Positions 57,338 through 64,000 of a stretch of DNA of 64,000 bases are shown here, in pieces. Position 1 is the stretch's first letter. The number at the start of each line of letters is the position of its first letter. This DNA comes from an uncultured Chloroflexia bacterium (GTDB taxonomy: Bacteria > Chloroflexota > Anaerolineae > Anaerolineales > Villigracilaceae): NCBI GenBank assembly GCA_963782565.1, contig CAWAKH010000002.1, forward strand, positions 1,356 to 65,355, read 5' to 3'. Made by a program: the position numbers and the translations under genes. The notes under the pieces were generated by a model. That model did no database searches. It was given only the letters and a program-made list of their open reading frames with translations, and was not told the DNA's origin.

Positions 57338-58933
57338 ATGCTTCGTTATACATCTCGCCTGGATAATTCAAAAGATCTGGAAATTGAGCCGTTGAACACC
57401 GATTCTTACCACAGCATGATAAGCGGGTTGACCAAACGCGCCTTCGATTTTAGCGCAGCCTTATTTGGCTTACTCCTGCTTTCACCCGTATTCATAGTAA
57501 TTTCCTTTTTGATCAAACGTGATTCTCCGGGACCGGTGTTCTACTGGGGCCGGCGGATCGGACGCCATGGTCGTGTCTTTGGGATGCTCAAGTTTCGTAC
57601 GATGTACGAAGATCCCAAAAGCTATAGCGGTCCCCGTGTTACCTGCAAAGATGATGATCGGATCACACCCCTGGGCAAATGGCTGCGTGATACCAAGCTA
57701 AACGAGCTTCCCCAGTTGTGGAACGTGCTGATCGGCGATATGAGCCTGGTGGGCCCGCGGCCGGAAGACCCCTCGATTTCCAAGACCTGGCCGGTGCAGA
57801 TGGCTCGCGAGCTTCTCTCGGTTCGGCCCGGAATCACAAGCCCGGCCAGTGTTGTCTACCGGGACGAGGAAAGCATGCTTCATGCCGGCGAGGTGATGCG
57901 CAAATATTTTCATGAGTTAAGCCCGGACAAGATGCGGCTCGATCAACTCTACATACGGTATCGGTCGATCCTGCTCGATATAGATGTCATACTATGGACC
58001 GTGCTTCTATTGATCCCCAAGATCAGGACCTATTCCCCTCCGGAGCAGCTTCTATATGTCGGCCCAATTACCCGGCTTATCCAACGCTATCTCAGCTGGT
58101 TTGCGTGGGACTCTCTCATCGTATTTGCATCCATCAGCCTGGCGGTTGCAGCGGTAAATATATTTAGTCCATTGAGTATCACCTGGCTGAGGGCTTTGGA
58201 GATGGCCCTGGGTTTCTCCATGCTGTACAGCATAGCCGGAGTGGCCTTGAATACAAATCGCATCAACTGGCCCAAAGCCAGCTCCTGGGAGTCGGGTCGC
58301 CTCTGGATAAGCTGGATGATTGCGACCGGGACTGTTCTTGGCACCCACTCCTATCTGGGATATTCAAGTCTCCGCACATTTGGTGTAATTCTCGGCGCCT
58401 CCGTTTTGTCCCTCTCGGGCATCATTTTCATTCGGTACCGGGGCCGGCTGACCGGCGGCCTGGCGAGTCGGATATTGGCCCACCGATTGAATCCTGGGGA
58501 CGTACGCGAACGCGTATTGATCGTAGGCTCGGGGCGTACCGCGGAACAGATAGCCTGGCTCCTGGATCATCCAGCCTACTCGGGAAAATTTCAGGTCGTC
58601 GGATTTATCGAGGATGACCTTCGATCCCAAGGCATGAAAATATACGGCTCGAAGGTCGTCGGCCGGATCGAGGATGTCCAAAAAATCGTGAGGGCCCATG
58701 ATGTGGGCCTGATCATATTGGCTGATAACCGGATGGCATCACACAAATACAAGGAATTCCGTGCCCTGGCCAACTTCAAGCCGGCGAAAGTCCTTGTGGC
58801 GCCGGATATCTTCGGATCCTTGAGCGGCCTGGTCGGGGTATCGCCCGATGCTGATGCGGCGGGCAATCTGAACGATTTTCAATGCCAGCATTGTTTGGCG
58901 AGATACGCCAATCAGAACGATTATCCAGAATAG
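57338..58933 (+). CDS. Polyprenyl-phosphate phosphoglycosyl transferase (Bac_transf family) with a C-terminal TM + Rossmann-like extension
   Basis: The N-terminal catalytic domain reads KRAFDFSAALFGLLLLSPVFIVISFLIKRDSPGPVFY...FRTM...LNELPQLWNVLIGDMSLVGPRPE. It is followed by about 4 TM helices and then RVLIVGSGRTAEQIAWLL...FQVVGFIEDD...VVGRIEDVQKIV..HDVGLIILA. AGGAGGG lies upstream of the ATG at 57338. Confidence 0.8.
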   Translation: MLRYTSRLDNSKDLEIEPLNTDSYHSMISGLTKRAFDFSAALFGLLLLSPVFIVISFLIKRDSPGPVFYWGRRIGRHGRVFGMLKFRTMYEDPKSYSGPRVTCKDDDRITPLGKWLRDTKLNELPQLWNVLIGDMSLVGPRPEDPSISKTWPVQMARELLSVRPGITSPASVVYRDEESMLHAGEVMRKYFHELSPDKMRLDQLYIRYRSILLDIDVILWTVLLLIPKIRTYSPPEQLLYVGPITRLIQRYLSWFAWDSLIVFASISLAVAAVNIFSPLSITWLRALEMALGFSMLYSIAGVALNTNRINWPKASSWESGRLWISWMIATGTVLGTHSYLGYSSLRTFGVILGASVLSLSGIIFIRYRGRLTGGLASRILAHRLNPGDVRERVLIVGSGRTAEQIAWLLDHPAYSGKFQVVGFIEDDLRSQGMKIYGSKVVGRIEDVQKIVRAHDVGLIILADNRMASHKYKEFRALANFKPAKVLVAPDIFGSLSGLVGVSPDADAAGNLNDFQCQHCLARYANQNDYPE

Positions 58934-58997
58934 CGAACTCTGACGATCCAGGGGATGATCTGCCTGGAAAGTCACGCACCACGAAAACAACAAAAGA

Positions 58998-59993
58998 ATG
59001 AACACTCTTTGGGCTGAAAAAAAGGTCCTTGTGACCGGCGCTGGCGGGTTTATCGGAAGCCAGCTTGTAGAAAGACTTGTGCAGGCCGGCGCTTCGGTCC
59101 GGGCATTTGTCCGCTACAACTCTCGTGCAGATCCGGGCTTGCTGCGCATGGCCGCTCCAGAAACGCTGTCCAGGCTCAAGCTTATTGGCGGCGACCTGAG
59201 AGATTTCGACGCGGTTCGCAAAGCGGTCGAGGGCTGCGAGTTTGTATTTCACCTGGGCGCGCTCATCTCCATCCCCTATTCTTATCTGCATCCGGCTGAG
59301 GTGGTCGAATCGAATTTGATGGGCACATTGAATGTGTTGCTGGCCTGCCGCGATTTGAAAGTGCGGCGTCTGATACACACTTCAACGAGCGAAGTTTATG
59401 GCACTGCTCGCCAACCTATGATTGATGAATCTCATCCCTTACAGGGGCAATCCCCTTACTCTGCAAGCAAGATTGGGGGAGATAAACTGGCCGAGAGTTT
59501 TTATTGTGCTTATGAACTGCCGGTGGTAACGGTTCGTCCATTCAATACATATGGACCGCGTCAATCTGCACGTGCCGTGATCCCCACCATCATCACCCAG
59601 GCCATCGCAGGGAATACGGTCCATTTGGGAAGCCTCGATACGATTCGTGATTTTACATACGTGGATGATACGGTGAACGGTTTCCTTTGTGCGGGGCTGG
59701 AAGGCAATGTGGATGGCTGCACATTCAATCTTGGGACCGGGAGTGAGGTCAGCATTGGCGAGCTGGCAAACAAGATTATTCGAAAGGTGGGAAACCATGT
59801 TGAGATCCAGGTGGATTCGGCCCGCCTCCGTCCCCAAAAATCTGAGGTCAAGCGCCTGCTCTCAGACAACTCGCTGGCGCGGCAACGCCTGGGCTGGAAT
59901 CCAGCAGTCAGTTTGGATGAGGGGCTGGATAGAACAATTTTGTGGGTTCGAGAAAATCTGGATCACTATCGCGTCGGCACTTATGAAATCTAA
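58998..59993 (+). CDS. NDP-sugar dehydratase/epimerase (extended SDR)
   Basis: VLVTGAGGFIGSQL, STSEVYG, catalytic SPYSASK (YxxxK), RPFNTYGPRQ. Confidence 0.8.
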   Translation: MNTLWAEKKVLVTGAGGFIGSQLVERLVQAGASVRAFVRYNSRADPGLLRMAAPETLSRLKLIGGDLRDFDAVRKAVEGCEFVFHLGALISIPYSYLHPAEVVESNLMGTLNVLLACRDLKVRRLIHTSTSEVYGTARQPMIDESHPLQGQSPYSASKIGGDKLAESFYCAYELPVVTVRPFNTYGPRQSARAVIPTIITQAIAGNTVHLGSLDTIRDFTYVDDTVNGFLCAGLEGNVDGCTFNLGTGSEVSIGELANKIIRKVGNHVEIQVDSARLRPQKSEVKRLLSDNSLARQRLGWNPAVSLDEGLDRTILWVRENLDHYRVGTYEI

Positions 59994-60008
59994 AGAGAGC
60001 AGGAAAGC

Positions 60009-60728
60009 TTGAACGCTGTTGTATTAGCAGGAGGCAAAGGCGCTCGCCTTGCGCCCTACACCACAATTCTCCCCAAACCCCTGATGCCGATAGGCGATAT
60101 GCCCATCCTTGAAGTGATGCTGCTTCAAATGAGGGAAGCGGGGATCGAGCATGTTGTCCTGACTGTCGGCCATCTTTCAGAATTGCTGCGCGCATTCTTC
60201 AAAGACGGGAGCCAATTCGGCCTTGATATCCGGTACAGTTATGAGCAATGTCCGTTGGGGACGGCCGGCCCGATTGCCCTGGTTGATGGACTGAACGAAA
60301 CGTTTCTGGTAACAAACGGCGATGTTCTCACGACTTTGAATCTGCGCCAGCTCATCCAATTTCACCGCGAGCAGAAAGCCATGGCCACGATCGCAGCTCA
60401 CCAGCGACAATCAAGGATTGACCTGGGGGTGATCCAGAAAGACGGGGATTGCCGGATTACGGGGTATATCGAGAAGCCGGTCTACGATTTTTTGGTGAGC
60501 ATGGGGATTTATGTGTTCGAACCGGCTGTGTTGCCCTACATCCCCCGCAATGAATATCTTGATTTTCCCGAGCTGATCAAGAAACTGATAGCCGCCGGCG
60601 AGAGAGTTGTTGGATATGAGTTCAACGGCTATTGGGAGGATCTTGGACGCCCCGATGATTACGTGCGCGCCTCGAAGGATTTCGAAAATATGCGCTCACA
60701 GTTCCTGCCAAATTGTTGTGGAGAATAA
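60009..60728 (+). CDS. Sugar-1-phosphate nucleotidyltransferase
   Basis: VVLAGGKGARLAPYTTILPKPLMPIG signature and the later NGD/...YWEDLGRPDDY pattern. TTG start. Confidence 0.8.
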   Translation: MNAVVLAGGKGARLAPYTTILPKPLMPIGDMPILEVMLLQMREAGIEHVVLTVGHLSELLRAFFKDGSQFGLDIRYSYEQCPLGTAGPIALVDGLNETFLVTNGDVLTTLNLRQLIQFHREQKAMATIAAHQRQSRIDLGVIQKDGDCRITGYIEKPVYDFLVSMGIYVFEPAVLPYIPRNEYLDFPELIKKLIAAGERVVGYEFNGYWEDLGRPDDYVRASKDFENMRSQFLPNCCGE

Positions 60729-60731
60729 ACC

Positions 60732-61871
60732 ATGGACTGGAAAATCCCGCTTTCTGATATTGATTTTGGCCCCGAAGAAAAAGCCGCGGTGGATAACGTC
60801 CTGCAGAGCAAATGGCTGACGATGGGATCGGGCACCCAGGAGCTAGAGCAGGCATTCGCAGCTTATGTCGGCGCGAAATACGCCATCGCCGTAACGAACG
60901 CAACCGCCGCGCTGCATCTCGCTTGCGTAGTGGCCGGTTTGGGCCCGGGCGACGAAGCGATTGTCCCTTCGCTGACATTTGTCGCCACCGCCAACGCGGT
61001 GCGCTACACGGGCGCTACACCCATCTTCGCAGACATCGCCGGAGAACAGGACCTGAATATCTCCTATAACAATATCGAGAAATCGATCACCGACCGCACG
61101 CGCGCCATTCTGGTCGTCCACTATGGCGGCTATGCCTGTGACATGCCCAGCATCCTGGAGCTGGCGCGCGAGCGCGGTTTGAAGGTGATTGAAGATGCAG
61201 CCCACGCGGTGGGTTCGGAACTTGGCGGCATCAAGCTCGGCACCTGGGGAGATATGGGTTGTTACAGCTTTTTCTCGAATAAGAACATGACCACGGGCGA
61301 GGGTGGGATGATCGTAACCAATAATGAGGCATTTTCGCAGAGGTTGCATTTGCTCCGTTCGCATGGGATGACCAGCCTGACGTGGGACCGTCACAAGGGG
61401 CACGCCTGGAGCTATGACGTAGTTGACCTGGGCTTCAACTATCGCATTGATGAAATTCGCGCTGCCTTGGGAAAAGTTCAGTTGGGAAAATTGACCGCGA
61501 ACAATGAGCAGCGCCGCCGCCTCACACAGACCTATCGGGATGCGTTGCTGGAGTTAGCGCCGCAGATTAAGGTTCCCTTCACCCATCATGCCGGGATTTC
61601 CGCCGCGCATTTGATGCCTGTGCTTTTGCCCGCCGCGATAAACCGACCGGGTTTTATGGAAAGCATGAAGTCACAGGGGATCCAGACCAGCATTCACTAT
61701 CCGCCCATTCATACCTTTTCCGCGTATAGCGGTGGCAAACCCAAACCTTCCCTGCCCAACACGGAAGATATCGCGGCAAGAGAAGTCACTTTACCTTTAT
61801 ACCCTGCCATGACAGACCAAGATGTCTTTACGGTGGCCAAGGCAATCGCACACGCACTAATTCCTGCCTGA
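60732..61871 (+). CDS. DegT/DnrJ/EryC1/StrS-family PLP-dependent sugar aminotransferase
   Basis: NATAALHLA, VIEDAAHAVG, and the PLP-lysine context SFFSNKNMTTGEGG. Confidence 0.9.
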   Translation: MDWKIPLSDIDFGPEEKAAVDNVLQSKWLTMGSGTQELEQAFAAYVGAKYAIAVTNATAALHLACVVAGLGPGDEAIVPSLTFVATANAVRYTGATPIFADIAGEQDLNISYNNIEKSITDRTRAILVVHYGGYACDMPSILELARERGLKVIEDAAHAVGSELGGIKLGTWGDMGCYSFFSNKNMTTGEGGMIVTNNEAFSQRLHLLRSHGMTSLTWDRHKGHAWSYDVVDLGFNYRIDEIRAALGKVQLGKLTANNEQRRRLTQTYRDALLELAPQIKVPFTHHAGISAAHLMPVLLPAAINRPGFMESMKSQGIQTSIHYPPIHTFSAYSGGKPKPSLPNTEDIAAREVTLPLYPAMTDQDVFTVAKAIAHALIPA

Positions 61872-61941
61872 GATCCAAATTCCGGCCGGGGGAATTATTT
61901 ATCTCGACTCGACGATAGTCTGCTGACAAGAGGAACAACCC

Positions 61942-63768
61942 ATGGAAATAAAAGACCTGATTTTGCTTATGTGGCGCAATGCCCGATTCCTCGTACTGGG
62001 GGTTGTGCTGGGCACGATGTTGGGGATTGTTGCCGCAAAGGTCGAGGCCCCGGCCTACGAGTCTACAACAAAAGTCCTTATCAGCCGGACCCGTGAGCAG
62101 AGCAATGCAGATATGCTGCCACTGAGCGACGACCAATTGGTCGCCATCAATCTTCAATTGGCAAAAGCCCAGCCGGTTCTGGATGAGGTTAGCGGCGAAT
62201 TGGGAAGCAAAGTCGATCCGGACAGCATCCAGGCCAGTGCAATTCCCAACAGCCTGATGATCCAGATAAAAGTTGATGACACGGATCCGAAACGGGCGGC
62301 CGTGATCGCCAACCTGCTCGTCCAAATTTTGATCCGGCAAAACGAGACACTTCTATCAGGACGATACGCAACGTTCGAGGATGCAATCAATTCACAGATC
62401 GACCAGGTGCAGACCCAAATTGTTGACCTGCAAACGAAGATCAAACAGATCAGTGACTCGAGCATTCAGGAACAATTGACCCAGGTTAATCAACAGATTG
62501 ATCAGCTCTCCACGCAAATATCTGGATTGCAGCAGGAGATCGCCGGCATCGCGGTTTCGCCTACGCCCTTACAACAGGCATCGATTGCCGAAAAGCAGGC
62601 CCAATTGGATCAATTGCGCGCCTTAATGAATATCTATTTCCAGATTCAAACCAATCTGACTTACACCGGGAAGCCCGGGCAATCGGGTAACGTTCGTGAC
62701 AATCCGGCTTTGGCGTCACTCCAATCCACGCTGGCTCTCTATCAACAGATGCATCTGAATCTCATCAGCAACCAGGAATCGGTGCATTTGGCACGCATGC
62801 AGACTTCGCAAAACGTTGTGCAAATCGTTGAGGCCCTGCCGTCTAAAATCCCCGCGCGCCCGATACCGGTCCTCTACTTCTTATTGGGGGGCCTTGTGGG
62901 GCTGGCCCTTTCTGTAACGGCCATCCTGCTGATGGATCACCTTGACGACTCCCTGAGATCGGCCGCTCAAACAGAGAAATTGCTTGGCATACCGGTCCTG
63001 GGGTCTGTTTTTGACATGCAGTCTCCGCAAGGCGGGCTGGTTGCTTTGAACGCTCCTTTTTCCCCAGGTGCGGAGGCCTTCCGTATTTTGGGGGCGAGTA
63101 TAGAGATCATTGGCGCGGAGAAGAATATCCACACTTTGATGGTTGTGAACGCGGGTCCCCGCGAGGGTAAGACCACGATCGCTGCAAATTTGGCAATCGC
63201 AAACGCGCAACAGGGGAAACAAGTGATCCTGGTCGATGGGGATGTTCGTGAACCACATTTGCACGCTCTCTTTGGGGTGGAAAATCAAAATGGGTTGGCG
63301 GAGATCATTAATGACCGGTTGAACATCAAAAGCGCCGTTCACGCCGTGGAAGGCGTTGAAAAACTGCTGGTAATTCCGGGGGGGATAGCAGAAAAAGACT
63401 CAACGGAATGGCTCGATGCTAAAAAGTTGGCGCAGTTATTCGAGGATTTGCAGAAACAAAGCGATCTGGTGATCTTGGACAGCCCCTCTGCAGAAATTGC
63501 GGATGCCCAGGTTTTTGCATCCAGGGTGGATGCTGTTCTACTGGGGATCAACGCCGGGCACACCCATTTGGATTCTGCGCAGGATACCCTGCGGAGATTT
63601 CAGTTATTAGGCGCCAACGTTTTAGGCGCCGTCTTAAATCGCGACATTCAGTCGCGGATCATCCTGAAAGATATTTTGCCCTGGGCAAAAATGAGACTGC
63701 AAAAAAAGCGAAAGGAACCCTATGGGGAGAATAGCGAAAGCGACAAAGCGCCCGTTTCTCTATCTTGA
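61942..63768 (+). CDS. Polysaccharide co-polymerase (Wzz-like) fused to a BY-kinase-type P-loop ATPase
   Basis: N-terminal TM, a long coiled-coil periplasmic region, a second TM, then Walker A NAGPREGKTT, Walker A' VILVDGDVREP and Walker B DLVILDSPS. Confidence 0.8.
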   Translation: MEIKDLILLMWRNARFLVLGVVLGTMLGIVAAKVEAPAYESTTKVLISRTREQSNADMLPLSDDQLVAINLQLAKAQPVLDEVSGELGSKVDPDSIQASAIPNSLMIQIKVDDTDPKRAAVIANLLVQILIRQNETLLSGRYATFEDAINSQIDQVQTQIVDLQTKIKQISDSSIQEQLTQVNQQIDQLSTQISGLQQEIAGIAVSPTPLQQASIAEKQAQLDQLRALMNIYFQIQTNLTYTGKPGQSGNVRDNPALASLQSTLALYQQMHLNLISNQESVHLARMQTSQNVVQIVEALPSKIPARPIPVLYFLLGGLVGLALSVTAILLMDHLDDSLRSAAQTEKLLGIPVLGSVFDMQSPQGGLVALNAPFSPGAEAFRILGASIEIIGAEKNIHTLMVVNAGPREGKTTIAANLAIANAQQGKQVILVDGDVREPHLHALFGVENQNGLAEIINDRLNIKSAVHAVEGVEKLLVIPGGIAEKDSTEWLDAKKLAQLFEDLQKQSDLVILDSPSAEIADAQVFASRVDAVLLGINAGHTHLDSAQDTLRRFQLLGANVLGAVLNRDIQSRIILKDILPWAKMRLQKKRKEPYGENSESDKAPVSLS

Positions 63769-63886
63769 CCACGTATGCATAAGATTTTTTGTTTGGGCAT
63801 TTCCAGAAAAAACAATTCATAGGAACGAATGCTCGTTGTTCTAAGAATAACTAATCAAGATCTTCAAGATACTGCGGAGGGAAAAT

Positions 63887-64000
63887 GAACGCTCAGCTCA
63901 AAATCAGCCTGTCGAATATATTCCATTGGAGGAAGGTCATGAATGCTAAAACTGCCAAAACTCTATCTGCTCTCAGCCTTCGGGCTATCTATTGCCTGAC
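63887..64000 (+). CDS. 5' end of an unidentified ORF running off the window
   Basis: GGAGGG lies 6 nt upstream of the ATG at 63887, and the frame is open to the window end (MNAQLKISLSNIFHWRKVMNAKTAKTLSALSL...). Too short to classify. Confidence 0.25.

Noticed and set aside
1-64000. Search for CRISPR arrays, tRNA/rRNA genes, transposases, integrases, toxin-antitoxin or known defence systems
   Set aside because: None could be recognised. There are no regularly spaced direct repeats, no cloverleaf-like sequences in intergenic gaps, and no DDE/tyrosine-recombinase or typical defence-protein motifs in any long ORF.

Overview
This 64 kb window looks like bacterial chromosome of moderate-to-high GC (judged by eye) and is almost entirely protein-coding. 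The gene content (many Gfo/Idh/MocA oxidoreductases, ROK proteins, a DUF2723-like protein, ECF sigma factors, Pro/Thr/Ala-rich lipoprotein linkers) suggests a Chloroflexota-like organism, but that is inference only. I recognised no rRNA, tRNA, CRISPR array, transposase or phage genes.

Layout:
- 1-8.8 kb: an LMW protein-tyrosine phosphatase; an ECF sigma / zinc anti-sigma pair divergent from an OsmC - thioredoxin-fold - TlpA thiol-redox operon; two MFS transporters; a collapsed two-component-system remnant.
- 9-22.8 kb: a minus-strand carbohydrate locus with SIS isomerase, ROK kinase, TIM-barrel isomerase, three Gfo/Idh/MocA oxidoreductases, DeoC, a ribose-type ABC transporter and a ROK repressor.
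- 22.9-30.7 kb: a plus-strand GntR-associated locus with URO-D-like, SIS, SDR, KDPG aldolase, MetE-like, MBL, ABM and Fe-ADH genes.
- 30.8-35 kb: a second ECF sigma with a DUF4367-like partner, a beta-propeller lipoprotein and an M50/CBS protease.
- 35.2-37.6 kb: a decayed set of CO/xanthine-dehydrogenase accessory genes.
- 38-40.6 kb: an FAD oxidase and a glycoside hydrolase.
- 40.6-42.3 kb: about 1.5 kb of low-coding leader holding a small DUF2292-like ORF and a repeated RNA-like motif.
- 42.3-63.8 kb: a polysaccharide (EPS / O-antigen-like) biosynthesis locus.

The main cross-cutting observation is that at least nine reading frames are interrupted by single-nucleotide frameshifts, in-frame stops or deletions. 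This means either active gene decay or an indel-prone assembly.

The most unusual coding features are in the EPS locus: a nucleotidyltransferase-like/P-loop kinase fusion followed by a second P-loop kinase, a phosphoglycosyl transferase with apparently permuted domain order, and a GNAT/Cys-rich ORF pair.

All family calls are from reading motifs by eye. No searches were run.
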